Of a DNA stretch of 64,000 nucleotides, positions 10,737-20,373 are shown in pieces. The notes beneath the pieces were generated by a model. It was not told the origin of the DNA. It did not search any database and saw only the letters and a program-made list of their open reading frames with translations. This DNA is from an uncultured Actinomycetota bacterium (lineage in GTDB: Bacteria > Actinomycetota > Actinomycetes > CAVWCF01), in assembly GCA_963753435.1 (NCBI GenBank), contig CAVWCF010000001.1:352001-416000 (forward strand), read 5' to 3'. The translations under genes were made by a program, and so were the position numbers. Numbering within the stretch: the stretch's first letter is position 1; every line of letters starts with the position of its first letter.

Positions 10737-11492
10737 GTGGATGACGCCTTCATCGGCCTGGGCACCGTCATTAACGTCGTCGCCGTCCTTGCCGGTTCGG
10801 CGATCGGTGTGCTGGCCGGTACCCGATTGCCGGTTCGAGTTCGCGATCTGATCACTGACGCCCTCGGCCTGGTGACGCTCGCGGTGGCTGGTCTGAACAT
10901 AGCCGCCGTCCTTGACTCCGACCTCCTGGACGCCGTCGGCTCGGGCGTACCGATCCTCATCATCCTGGGAGCGGTGGTCATCGGTGGCGTAACCGGCGCA
11001 CTGCTGCGCGTGGAGTACCGCCTGGAAGGCATCGGGGACTGGCTGCGGCGCCGGTTCCGCGTAAGTGGCGACGGGGAACAGCGCACCCGATTCGTGGACG
11101 GCTACGTGACCGCCAGCCTGGTCTTCTGTGTCGGCCCGCTCACCGTCCTGGGCAGCCTGCAAGACGGACTGGGCGAAGGGATTGACCTGCTGGTGCTGAA
11201 GTCTTCACTGGACTTCTTCGCCTCGATCGCCTTCGCCGCCTCGCTCGGCTGGGGCGTTGCAGCCAGCGCTGTAACCGTCGGGGTCGTCCAAGGAACGCTG
11301 ACGGTTCTTGGGGCGGTTCTCGGCGAGGTTCTCACCGACGCCCAGGTCGCGGCACTGACGGCCACCGGGGGGTTGTTGCTAATCGGGGTCTCGCTGCGGC
11401 TGTTGCGGCTGAAGCAGTTGCCCGTCGGCGACTTGCTGCCAGCGCTCATCGTCGCGCCCCTGTTGGTGAGCCTTGTCGCCGCTATCCGCTAG
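10737..11492 (+). CDS. DUF554 family membrane protein
   Basis: GLGTVINV...GS.IG, TASLVFCVGPLT.LGSLQDG, KSSLD motifs. Confidence 0.9.
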   Translation: MDDAFIGLGTVINVVAVLAGSAIGVLAGTRLPVRVRDLITDALGLVTLAVAGLNIAAVLDSDLLDAVGSGVPILIILGAVVIGGVTGALLRVEYRLEGIGDWLRRRFRVSGDGEQRTRFVDGYVTASLVFCVGPLTVLGSLQDGLGEGIDLLVLKSSLDFFASIAFAASLGWGVAASAVTVGVVQGTLTVLGAVLGEVLTDAQVAALTATGGLLLIGVSLRLLRLKQLPVGDLLPALIVAPLLVSLVAAIR

Positions 11493-11604
11493 CAACCAGC
11501 ACGCGGTTCGCAACCAGGATTGCAAAATCCCAACGCGTAGGTGAACGCGTGGTTATGCTCCCCAGCGCGGGTGGACCCGATCGGTCGGTGAAGCGAGGTG
11601 GCGC

Positions 11605-12883
11605 GTGCGGCGAGTTGCTTTGGTGCTGCTCACCACAATCGTCGGAGCCCTGTCTCGCGGTCCTCATCCCCTCGGTCGCGCACGCCGAAGGTGAGCAGCT
11701 CACCCTGGTAGTGCAGGACCAGGCGGAGCGAACCCCTATCCCGGGCGTCAAGTTCACGGTTACCGGCGAGGGCTTCGAAGAGGAGGCTGAAACCGGAGAC
11801 GATGGTCGCGCCGTCGTGCCCCTCCCCGGCGACGGCACCTTCACAGCTGAGATCGACACCGGTTCGCTGCCTGAAGGTGTCGGCCTGACCGACCCGGAGG
11901 CGACCAGCCGCGAAAAGGTCGTTCTGGTCGGGCAATCAACCACACTGCTCTTTCCTGTGGGTGAAGGGCTTTCCAGCGGCGGGGCCATCTGGGAACGCGG
12001 CCAACAGCTTTTTGCCGACGGCATCGTGTTCGGTCTGATCATCGCGCTTGCAGCGGTCGGGCTCTCGCTGATCTTCGGTACCACCGGTCTGACCAACTTC
12101 GCCCACGGCGAGTTGGTCACTTTCGGCGCCGTGATCGCGCTGTTCTTCAACATCGTCTTCACTGCCGGGCCATTTCCGGTGACCCTGCTCTTGGCCGCCC
12201 CGCTCGCGGTTCTCGCCGGGGGGCTGTTCGGCAGCGCCCAGGACAAGTTCTTCTGGCGGCCCTTGCGGCGGCGCGGCACCGGGCTTATCGCTTTGCTCGT
12301 CGTCTCGATCGGCCTCAGCATCTTCCTGCGCTACCTCTTCCTGTTCCTCACGGGCGGGCAACGTCGCGCCTACGCGCAATTCCAGGGTCAATCGGGCATC
12401 GAGATCGGCGCGATCGACATCACCCCGCGCGCGATGGTGAGCGCGGCAATCGCCTTGACCGCGTGTGTGCTGGTTGGGCTGTGGTTGCTGCGCACGCGCA
12501 TGGGCAAGGCCACGCGCGCGGTCTCGGACAACCCGGCGCTGGCATCCGCCTCCGGCATCGACGTCGATCGCGTGATCAACGTGGTTTGGTTCCTCGGTGC
12601 CGGGCTGGCCGCTCTTGCCGGCGTGATCCTGGCGCTGATCGAGCAGTACAGCTTCGACATGGGCTTCAAGATCCTGTTGCTCATATTCGCAGCCGTGGTT
12701 GTTGGCGGCCTGGGTACGGCCTTCGGCGCCATGGTCGGTGGCCTGCTGGTGGGCCTGACCATCCAGCTCAGCACGCTCATCATCCCAAGCGAGCTGAAGA
12801 ACGTTGGCGCTCTCGGGATCATGATCGTCGTGCTGCTCATCAGACCGCAGGGGCTCCTCGGCCGACGCGAGCGGGTGGGGTGA
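11605..12883 (+). CDS. livH: Branched-chain amino acid ABC permease (LivH-like) with an N-terminal extracellular beta domain; +1 frameshift near 11653
   Basis: GLSLIFGTTGLTNFAHGE, RTRMGKATRAV motifs; GAGG RBS before GTG 11605 gives signal peptide MRRVALVLLTTIVGAL, which joins LAVLIPSVAHA after removing one T. Confidence 0.85.
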
Positions 12884-12890
12884 CGCGCTG

Positions 12891-13877
12891 ATGGATTATT
12901 CGCTTGCGTTCAGCAACGGCCTCGCTGCGGCTATCGGTGTTCAAGCAGTCATCTACTGCCTCGCCGCCATCGGTCTGAACGTCCACTTCGGCTACACCGG
13001 GCTGCTGAACTTCGGCCAGGCGGCCTTCCTGGCGGTTGCCGCATACGGGGTGGCGGTCACCGTTGCCACGATCGGCTGGTCGTTCTGGATCGGCATCGTG
13101 ATCGGGCTCGTTGCCGCGGTTGTCCTCGCGCTGCTGCTCGGCATACCAACGCTGCGGCTACGCGCTGATTATCTGGCCATCGTGACGATCTCGGCTGCCG
13201 AGATCATTCGCTTGCTCGTGCGTTCAGTGACCTACCGGGAGTACTTCGGCGGTTCCGATGGCATTACCCAGTTCGCCGACGACTTCTACGCGGTGAACCC
13301 ATTCAACGCTTCCAGCTACGACCTCGGACCGATCACCTTCAGCGATCGACAGATGTGGGTCATAACCGTTGGCTGGGTCCTGGTGGCGGCCTCCAGCATC
13401 CTTGTGCTGCTCCTGATGCGCAGCCCCTGGGGGCGGGTGATCAAGGGCATCCGAGAAGATGAAGACGCGGTGCGGTCCCTCGGCAAGAACGTCTACTTCT
13501 ACAAGATGCAGAGTCTGGTGCTTGGCGGTGTGCTCGGCGCGCTCGGCGGCTTCATCTTCGCGATCGCCAACCAGTCCGTGCAGGCCGACAACTACTCGCC
13601 CGAGTTCACGTTCTTCGCCTACACGATCCTCATCCTCGGCGGCGCGGCCCGCGTTATGGGCCCGATCATCGGTGCCATGATCTTCTGGTTCCTGTTGGCG
13701 ATCACTGACAACCTGCTCTTCCAGGCAGTCAACTCCGACACGATCACTTTCATCACGACCACGCAGGTCGGCGCAATTCGGTTCATGATGGTGGGGTTGG
13801 CGCTGACAGTTCTGATGATCTATCGCCCACAGGGTTTGATCGGCGATCGTAGGGAGGTGCTGCTCGATGCCCGCTGA
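12891..13877 (+). CDS. livM: Branched-chain amino acid ABC permease
   Basis: GYTGLLNFGQAAF, LRLRADYLAIVT, SPWGRVIKGIREDE. Confidence 0.92.
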   Translation: MDYSLAFSNGLAAAIGVQAVIYCLAAIGLNVHFGYTGLLNFGQAAFLAVAAYGVAVTVATIGWSFWIGIVIGLVAAVVLALLLGIPTLRLRADYLAIVTISAAEIIRLLVRSVTYREYFGGSDGITQFADDFYAVNPFNASSYDLGPITFSDRQMWVITVGWVLVAASSILVLLLMRSPWGRVIKGIREDEDAVRSLGKNVYFYKMQSLVLGGVLGALGGFIFAIANQSVQADNYSPEFTFFAYTILILGGAARVMGPIIGAMIFWFLLAITDNLLFQAVNSDTITFITTTQVGAIRFMMVGLALTVLMIYRPQGLIGDRREVLLDAR

Positions 13878-14805
13878 CGCCACTGCAGTCGGCCGCGAGG
13901 CCGCCGTGGCCGCCCTCGCGTCGGTGCCGCACGAGCCCGGGATCGCCAAGCCTGATCCGATCCTCGTGGCGGACAAAGTGATTCGGCAGTTCGGTGGACT
14001 GACCGCTGTGGACGTCGAGCACCTGGAAGTCCAACGGGGCGCCATCACTGCATTGATCGGCCCCAACGGTGCGGGCAAGTCGACCTTCTTCAACGTGGTG
14101 TCCGGCTTCGACAGCAACGACGGCGGCAAGTGGACGTACAACGGCACCGAGATTCAGGGTCGGCCCGCCTACCGCGTGGCCCGCGCCGGCATGGTCCGGA
14201 CCTTTCAGCTGACCAAGGCGCTCACCCGCTTGACGGTGATCGAGAACATGCGCCTGGGCGCCACCGGTCAGGGCGGAGAGACTTTCTGGAGGGCGGTCTT
14301 CCCCTTCCTCTGGCGCGGCCAAGAGGACGCGATCACCGTTCGGGCCGACGAACTGTTGCAGCGGTTCAACCTCGCCGAGAAGCGCGAGGACTTCGCCGGC
14401 AGCCTTTCCGGGGGCCAGCGCAAACTCCTGGAGATGGCCCGGGCGCTGATGGTCCAGCCCGAATTGGTCATGCTCGACGAGCCGATGGCTGGGGTGAACC
14501 CGGCATTGACCCAGTCGTTGCTTCAGCACGTCAAGGACCTCCGCGAAGAGGGAATGACAGTTCTGTTCGTGGAGCACGACATGGACATGGTGCGAGACAT
14601 CAGCGACTGGGTGGTGGTGATGGCTGAGGGACGCATCATCGCCGAAGGACCACCCGAGGTGATCATGCGCAATCAGGCCGTCATCGATGCCTACCTTGGT
14701 TCCCATCACGACCAGCCCATAACCCCGGAACAGGAGCAGGAGTACCTCGCCGAGGACGAGCGCGCCGAAGGTCGGGGCCTACTGGGGGGCGAGGAGAACC
14801 AGTGA
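13867..14805 (+). CDS. livG: ABC transporter ATP-binding protein
   Basis: FGGLTAV, GPNGAGKST, RTFQ, LSGGQRKLLE, LDEPMAG, VEHDM. Confidence 0.92.
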   Translation: MPADATAVGREAAVAALASVPHEPGIAKPDPILVADKVIRQFGGLTAVDVEHLEVQRGAITALIGPNGAGKSTFFNVVSGFDSNDGGKWTYNGTEIQGRPAYRVARAGMVRTFQLTKALTRLTVIENMRLGATGQGGETFWRAVFPFLWRGQEDAITVRADELLQRFNLAEKREDFAGSLSGGQRKLLEMARALMVQPELVMLDEPMAGVNPALTQSLLQHVKDLREEGMTVLFVEHDMDMVRDISDWVVVMAEGRIIAEGPPEVIMRNQAVIDAYLGSHHDQPITPEQEQEYLAEDERAEGRGLLGGEENQ

Positions 14806-15587
14806 GTAACGAGTCCGGCGGCGCCCGCGAGATCATCGGCCGTGACGACCATCTCGCGGATTCCTCGGCCGGCCTGGTTCGCGCTGACGAACTCGTTGCG
14901 GGCTACCTCCCGGGCGTGAACATCCTCAATGGGTGCGATTTCTACGCCGACGACGGGGAACTGGTCGGCATCATCGGCCCCAACGGTGCCGGCAAGTCCA
15001 CCCTGCTCAAGGCGATGTTCGGCCTCGTCAAGATCTCATCGGGCACTGTGACCCTGCGCGGCGAAGAGATCACGAATCTCAAGGCGGACAAGTTGGTGCG
15101 CAAAGGCATCGGCTTCGTTCCCCAGACGAACAACGTATTCCCGTCGCTGACCATCGAAGAGAACCTGCAGATGGGCCTCTACCAGGCCCCGGACAAGTTC
15201 TCCGAGCGATTCGAGTTCGTCTGCAGCCTCTTCCCGGCCCTGGCGGACCGCCGCAAGCAGCGGGCCGGATCACTTTCGGGTGGCGAACGACAGATGGTGG
15301 CCATGAGCCGCGCCCTGATGATGGACCCGGCGGTGCTTCTGCTCGACGAACCATCGGCCGGCCTCTCCCCCGCGCTACAAGATGAAGTCTTCATCCGCAC
15401 CAAGCAGATCAACCGCGCCGGCGTCACGGTGATCATGGTCGAGCAGAACGCGCGGCGTTGCCTTCAGATCTGTGACCGGGGCTACGTGCTGGACCAGGGT
15501 CGTAACGCCTACAGCGGCAGCGGCCAAGAACTCATGCACGACCCGAAGGTGATCGAGTTGTACCTCGGGACCCTTGCCCAGGCCTGA
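14802..15587 (+). CDS. livF: ABC transporter ATP-binding protein
   Basis: GPNGAGKST, AGSLSGGERQM, LDEPSAGLSP, VEQN. Confidence 0.92.
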   Translation: MSNESGGAREIIGRDDHLADSSAGLVRADELVAGYLPGVNILNGCDFYADDGELVGIIGPNGAGKSTLLKAMFGLVKISSGTVTLRGEEITNLKADKLVRKGIGFVPQTNNVFPSLTIEENLQMGLYQAPDKFSERFEFVCSLFPALADRRKQRAGSLSGGERQMVAMSRALMMDPAVLLLDEPSAGLSPALQDEVFIRTKQINRAGVTVIMVEQNARRCLQICDRGYVLDQGRNAYSGSGQELMHDPKVIELYLGTLAQA

Positions 15588-15692
15588 GCGGGTCTCCGCG
15601 CCTCACTTTTGAACTGCCCCCCGAGCCCACCGCTCGGGTGTTGAGCCGATGTCATCTGCCCCGGTCCTGCTTATCTTTCGGGGCGCCAAACA

Positions 15693-15726
15693 CACGTGGG
15701 GCCCGGCTTGCGCCGGGCCCCACGTG
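15693..15726. terminator. Hairpin between convergent livF and the substrate-binding gene
   Basis: CACGTGGGGCCCGGC-TTGC-GCCGGGCCCCACGTG, perfect 15-bp stem. Confidence 0.8.
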
Positions 15727-15742
15727 AACAGCTGGTGCTAGG

Positions 15743-17014
15743 TCAGCCTTCGACCGGAGGCACCGGGCCGCTGATGTACTGAACGGCAGTGGACGGATAC
15801 GTGTTGTCCGGTCCGAACTCGTAGATGCCCATGGTGGCAAACGTCGGGTCACCGTTCTCGCCGAACTCGATCGGGCCGGAGACACCTTCGTAGTCGATGT
15901 CCTTGCCCTCGTCGAGCAGCGCCTTGCAGTCGGCGAAGTTGTCGCACTGTTCGCCCTCGGTGCTGACGGCCTGCAGTTGCGAGGCAATGGCTTCCCCGTT
16001 GTCGCTACCAGCCGCGATTGCGGCCAGCGCCGTCAGGATGACCGCGTCGTAGGACTCCGCCGCGTAGGAGAAGTCGGTCAGAGCGGGGTCGATCGCAAGC
16101 AGACGGTCGCGGAACTCCTGCGGGGCCTCGGCACCGGGCAGAGTTCCCTTCGTGCCCTCCATGATCCCGGCGGGCAGGCCGTCGGCGATCGTGTTGGACA
16201 GGTTGCCGTCAACCAAGTACAGCTTCTTGTTGTCCGGCCCGATGCCCTGCTTGATGAGCTCCTGCAGGATGGTCTTGGACTCCTCGAAGCCAATCAGCAC
16301 GATTGCGTCGGGGTTCTCCGAAGCAGCCTGGCTGACCTCAGCGGAGAAGTTCGCCGCCTTGGGGTCGTAGATCTGCTTGCTGGTGATCGTGCCGCCACCC
16401 TCGGTGAAGTTCGTTTCGAACGAGTTGGCCAGGCCTTCGCCGTAGGCGTCCTGCAGAGCCAGGATCGCGGCCGAGCCGTTGCCCTCGTCCAGCGCCAACG
16501 TGGCGAGAACGGAACCCTGCAACGTGTCCGGCGGGGCGGTACGCCAGTACAGGCCACCGTCGTCGTAGGTGGACAGCGCGATCGACGTGTTCGCCGGCGA
16601 GAACTGGACCACGCCAGCGCCGGTGATCTTGTCGATGACGGTTAGGGAGACCGACGAGGAAGCCGCACCGATGATGGTGTCAGCGTTCTCGCTGAGAAGC
16701 CGGTCGACGGTCTGGTTGGCGATGTCGGTCGAGGTGTCACCGGAGTCGCCCTGCGAGATCACGACGTCCTTGCCGTCGTAACCGCCGCCCTCATTGATCT
16801 CCTGGATGGCCAATTCGGTGCCGGCGATCTCGGGTGGGCCGAGGAATGCGAGCGAGCCGGTGACCGGCAGAATCGTGCCGATGGTCAGCGTGCCATCACC
16901 AGCCGGAACATCAGCGGCGTCGTCCGAGCCGCCGTCGTCCGACGAGCACGCAGACAGCACCAGGGCCGCTGCGCCGGCGACCGCGAGCGACCGCCACATG
17001 GTGGTTCGGGTCAT
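15743..17014 (-). CDS. ABC transporter substrate-binding lipoprotein (LivK/LivJ family)
   Basis: Lipobox LSAC, IGTILPVTGSLAFLG, IIGAASS, WRTAPPD, YEGVSGPIEF. Confidence 0.92.
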   Translation of the reverse strand: MTRTTMWRSLAVAGAAALVLSACSSDDGGSDDAADVPAGDGTLTIGTILPVTGSLAFLGPPEIAGTELAIQEINEGGGYDGKDVVISQGDSGDTSTDIANQTVDRLLSENADTIIGAASSSVSLTVIDKITGAGVVQFSPANTSIALSTYDDGGLYWRTAPPDTLQGSVLATLALDEGNGSAAILALQDAYGEGLANSFETNFTEGGGTITSKQIYDPKAANFSAEVSQAASENPDAIVLIGFEESKTILQELIKQGIGPDNKKLYLVDGNLSNTIADGLPAGIMEGTKGTLPGAEAPQEFRDRLLAIDPALTDFSYAAESYDAVILTALAAIAAGSDNGEAIASQLQAVSTEGEQCDNFADCKALLDEGKDIDYEGVSGPIEFGENGDPTFATMGIYEFGPDNTYPSTAVQYISGPVPPVEG

Positions 17015-17120
17015 GAACCCTCTCCTTACATGACAAACCGGACCGGAACTCCCGGTCCTAAGGTGAACCTAACGCCACCGCCGCCGGAACGCTGCGTGAA
17101 CCCCATGGCGCAACCAGGTC

Positions 17121-17136
17121 GTTGCCGCATTGTTAC
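17121..17136 (-). promoter_or_regulatory. Putative GlnR box upstream of the amino-acid binding protein
   Basis: Minus strand GTAAC-AATGCG-GCAAC (a-site N6 b-site), upstream of a TAGGTT -10. Confidence 0.45.
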
Positions 17137-17165
17137 CTTGGCCGCCGGTCATCAGGCGTCTAGGC

Positions 17166-17744
17166 CTAGTCGGACTGCGAGCTGATCAGTTGTTCAGCGA
17201 TCTCCCGCATTGAGGTGCGCCGATCCATGGCCTGCTTCTGGATCCACCGGAAGGCCTCCGGTTCGCTGAGCCCGTCTCGTTCTTGCAGGAGCGACTTGGC
17301 CCGATCCAGCGACTTGCGGGTAGCCAGCCTCTCGCTGAGGTCCGCGGCCTCAGCCGCCAGCGCAGCCGCTTCGCTGTGTCGGGCCACGGCAACCTCGATG
17401 GCGGGAACCAGGTCGGCCTTGGTGAACGGCTTCACGAGGTAGGCGGCCGCACCGGCCGCCACCGCGCGATCGACCAGGTCGCGCTGGGAGAAGGCCGTCA
17501 GGATCAGAACTGGGGCCCACCCTTCGGTCGTGATGCGTTCAGCCGCGGAGATGCCGTCCAGCACGGGCATCTTCACGTCGAGGATGACCAGGTCGGGTCG
17601 ATGGCGTTGGGCCAGATCGACGGCAGCTGCCCCGTCGCCGGCCTGCGCCACGACGGTGTAGCCCTCCTCCGCGAGCATCTCGACCAGATCCAGGCGGATG
17701 AGGGCTTCGTCCTCAGCGACGACGACTCGTCGGGTGTCGGCCAC
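17166..17744 (-). CDS. pdtaR: ANTAR-domain response regulator (PdtaR-like)
   Basis: Receiver VAEDE...DVKMP.LDG...YLVKPF plus ANTAR RK.LDRAK.LL...EPEAFRWIQKQAMDRR. Confidence 0.9.
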   Translation of the reverse strand: MADTRRVVVAEDEALIRLDLVEMLAEEGYTVVAQAGDGAAAVDLAQRHRPDLVILDVKMPVLDGISAAERITTEGWAPVLILTAFSQRDLVDRAVAAGAAAYLVKPFTKADLVPAIEVAVARHSEAAALAAEAADLSERLATRKSLDRAKSLLQERDGLSEPEAFRWIQKQAMDRRTSMREIAEQLISSQSD

Positions 17745-17781
17745 GGCAGGAGGCTAACCGCGCCGGGTACGCTGCTCCCGC

Positions 17782-17855
17782 GCCCCGGTACTCCAACTGG
17801 TAGAGAGGGCGGTCTCAAACACCGCACAGTGTGGGTTCGAATCCCACCCGGGGTA
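17782..17855 (+). tRNA. tRNA-Leu(CAA), short variable loop, CCA not encoded
   Basis: Acceptor GCCCCGG/CCGGGGT, anticodon arm GCGGT-CTCAAAC-ACCGC, T arm GTGGG-TTCGAAT-CCCAC. Confidence 0.93.
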
Positions 17856-17856
17856 C

Positions 17857-18258
17857 TCAACCGTCAGCGTTGCCGTGCTGACGCTGTACTGCGCCCAGCA
17901 CCCCGTTGACGAAGCCCGGGGACTCATCGGTGGACAGCTCCGAAGCCAGCCGCACCGCCTCGGCGACGACCACCGCGTCCGGCACGTTGTCTTCGTACCG
18001 CATTTCGTAGACCGCCAGCCGCAGGATGCAGCGATCCACCGCCGGCATCCGATGCAGCGACCAATCGCGTGCGTGCTCGACGATCGCGGCGTCGAGTTCG
18101 CCTTGGCGTTCAGCGACCCCGCGAGCGAGTTGCACGCCGTAGTCGCTGGCGTCTACCTCGGGCCGCGAATCAAGAACGTCCGAGATCGAGACGCCGCGTT
18201 GGTCGGATTCAAAGAGGAGATCCAGCGCTCGTTTGCGGGCTTTGCCCCGAGCGGTCAT
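17857..18258 (-). CDS. nusB: Transcription antitermination factor NusB
   Basis: ARKRALDLLFE, W.L.RMPAVDR.ILRLA..E, EAV.LA..LS...SPGFVNGVL. Confidence 0.95.
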   Translation of the reverse strand: MTARGKARKRALDLLFESDQRGVSISDVLDSRPEVDASDYGVQLARGVAERQGELDAAIVEHARDWSLHRMPAVDRCILRLAVYEMRYEDNVPDAVVVAEAVRLASELSTDESPGFVNGVLGAVQRQHGNADG

Positions 18259-18819
18259 TCAGTTCACGCGGCCCAGGTAATCGCCGCTGCGGGTGTCCAC
18301 CTTGACCTTCTCGCCGGTCGTGATGAAAAGCGGGACCTGGATGTCGAAGCCGGTCTCCAGGGTCGCGGGCTTGGTACCGCCGGAAGAACGGTCACCCTGC
18401 AAGCCCGGCTCCGTGTACTGGATGACCAGTTCGACGGCGGCCGGTAGTTCGACATACAGCGGCTGGCCTTCGTGCATGGCCACAACCGCCTCCTGGTTCT
18501 CCAGCAGGAAGTGCGAGGCATCCCCGACGGTCTCCTCGGGCACGTGGAACTGGTCGAAGGTGGAGGAATCCATGAACACGAAGTCGGAGCCCTCCCGGTA
18601 CAGGTACTGCATGGCACGGCGGTCGACCGTCGCGGTCTCCACCTTCACGCCGGCGTTGAAGGTCTTCTCCACGACCTTGCCCGAGAGCACGTTCTTCAGT
18701 TTGGTGCGTACGAAAGCCGGTCCCTTGCCGGGCTTCACGTGCTGGAACTCCACTACGGACCACAGCTGGCCGTCCAGGTTGAGCACCAGGCCGTTCTTCA
18801 GATCGTTCGTCGTCGCCAC
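18259..18819 (-). CDS. efp: Elongation factor P
   Basis: [35 protein letters not shown]. Confidence 0.98.
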   Translation of the reverse strand: MATTNDLKNGLVLNLDGQLWSVVEFQHVKPGKGPAFVRTKLKNVLSGKVVEKTFNAGVKVETATVDRRAMQYLYREGSDFVFMDSSTFDQFHVPEETVGDASHFLLENQEAVVAMHEGQPLYVELPAAVELVIQYTEPGLQGDRSSGGTKPATLETGFDIQVPLFITTGEKVKVDTRSGDYLGRVN

Positions 18820-18837
18820 GGTTCCTCCACGCGCCCG

Positions 18838-19902
18838 TCAGACGACGAGCAACTCTTTGCTGGTTCGGGTGAGTAGTTCCGGTCCGTCCCGATGCACGAT
18901 CAGCGTGTCCTCGATACGGACACCTCCCACACCTGGAAGGTAGGCACCCGGTTCGACGGTGACGGCGGAACGCTCAACGAGGGTACCCGTGCCGGTTGCC
19001 CCCAGCAGCGGCGGTTCGTGGATCTCCAGCCCGACCCCGTGACCGGTGGAGTGGGGAAAGGCATCCCCCATGCCGGCCCCGACTAGGACTGCTCGGGTGG
19101 CGGCGTCCACTTGGCGGGCCGCAACGCCGGGCGCCAGCGCCTGTCGGCCGACTCGTTGGGCTGCCCGAACCATCTGGTAGACGTCGTCCTGCCAGTCCGC
19201 CCCGTGTCGGCCGAGCAGGAACGTGCGTGTCATGTCGGCGTGATACCCGTTCACGCGCGCCCCCAGGTCACAGGTCACGAACTCTCCGGCCGCTATTGGC
19301 CGATCCGTTGGGGCGTGATGCGGCCGGGAACCGTTCGGGCCGGCCGCAACTATGGAGTCGAAGGCACGATCCTCCGCACCGCAGTCCCGCATGAGTGTTT
19401 CCAGCCGCAGGGCTATCTGCTTCTCGGTCCACCCCAACCGCACTTCGTCGAGCATTTGCGCGAAGGCGTCATCGGTGATCTCGCACGCGGCTCGTAGTTG
19501 CTGCAGCTCGTACTCGTCTTTGGGGATGCGGAGTTCTTGCAGCACCGACCCGACCCCGACAAGCTCGGCCGCTGGAACGCCCCAGGTTTGGTGTTCGGCC
19601 ACGGAAACCGCTTCGTCCTCGAACGCAACCTTGCCCTTGACCCGGTCAAGAAGCGCGAGCGCAGGTTTGCGGCTGTCGACCAGTTCGAACTCCGGCGCCT
19701 GGGTTGCCGCCTGCTCCAGATAGCGACCGTCCGTGGCCAGAGCGATGCCGCCCTCGGCCAGCAACAGCGCCCCGGCCGAGCCGACGAAGCCGGACAGGTA
19801 GCGGACGTTCACCGGAGAGGTGACCAACAGCCACTCCGCCGCGTGCGTGCGCGCAACGGCCGCAAGCGCCCGCTGTCGGCGGGAGGCGTAGTCCGGCTGC
19901 AC
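18838..19902 (-). CDS. Xaa-Pro aminopeptidase (M24 family)
   Basis: TDGRY, PHH, D.G...GY.ADMTRT, HSTGHGVGLEIHE, TVEPG.Y...GGVRIED. Confidence 0.93.
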   Translation of the reverse strand: MQPDYASRRQRALAAVARTHAAEWLLVTSPVNVRYLSGFVGSAGALLLAEGGIALATDGRYLEQAATQAPEFELVDSRKPALALLDRVKGKVAFEDEAVSVAEHQTWGVPAAELVGVGSVLQELRIPKDEYELQQLRAACEITDDAFAQMLDEVRLGWTEKQIALRLETLMRDCGAEDRAFDSIVAAGPNGSRPHHAPTDRPIAAGEFVTCDLGARVNGYHADMTRTFLLGRHGADWQDDVYQMVRAAQRVGRQALAPGVAARQVDAATRAVLVGAGMGDAFPHSTGHGVGLEIHEPPLLGATGTGTLVERSAVTVEPGAYLPGVGGVRIEDTLIVHRDGPELLTRTSKELLVV

Positions 19903-19926
19903 GCTTGCAGCCTAGGGCCGGTGCGC

Positions 19927-20373
19927 CTACTTCGGGTTGGTCTGCAGCAGCCCGGCGATCGCCTGCAGGGCGAGCAGGTAGGACAAGGTCCCAAAACCGG
20001 CGATAGTGCCGGTGGCGACTCCGGAGACAACTGAGGTGTGCCGGAACTCCTCGCGGGCAGCGGGGTTGGACAGGTGCACTTCGATCATGGGTGCGGTCAG
20101 TTGCGCGGCAGCATCCCGAAGGGCGTAGGAGTAATGCGTGAAGGCAGCCGGGTTCAGGATCACCGGGGTGGCCGCGTCCGCAGCCTCGTGCAGCCAGCGG
20201 ATCAACTCGGCCTCATCGTCTGTCTGGCGTACCTGCGCGGTCAAACCCAGTGACCGCGCTGCGGCGACCACCTCGGCCTGCAGATCCTCGTGTGTCTGGG
20301 AGCCGTAGACGTCCGGCTCGCGCGATCCGAGCCGGCCCAGATTCGGTCCGTTGAGCACCAATACCTCGGTCAC
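19927..20373 (-). CDS. aroQ: Type II 3-dehydroquinate dehydratase
   Basis: [42 protein letters not shown]. Confidence 0.97.
   Translation of the reverse strand: MTEVLVLNGPNLGRLGSREPDVYGSQTHEDLQAEVVAAARSLGLTAQVRQTDDEAELIRWLHEAADAATPVILNPAAFTHYSYALRDAAAQLTAPMIEVHLSNPAAREEFRHTSVVSGVATGTIAGFGTLSYLLALQAIAGLLQTNPK

Noticed and set aside
17040-17058. Hairpin GGACCGG-AACTC-CCGGTCC as an ANTAR target before the binding-protein gene
   Set aside because: Only one stem; the paired hexaloop motif bound by ANTAR proteins is not evident
17782-17900. Prophage or integrative element at the tRNA
   Set aside because: No integrase or duplicated tRNA 3' end seen; both flanks are core genes
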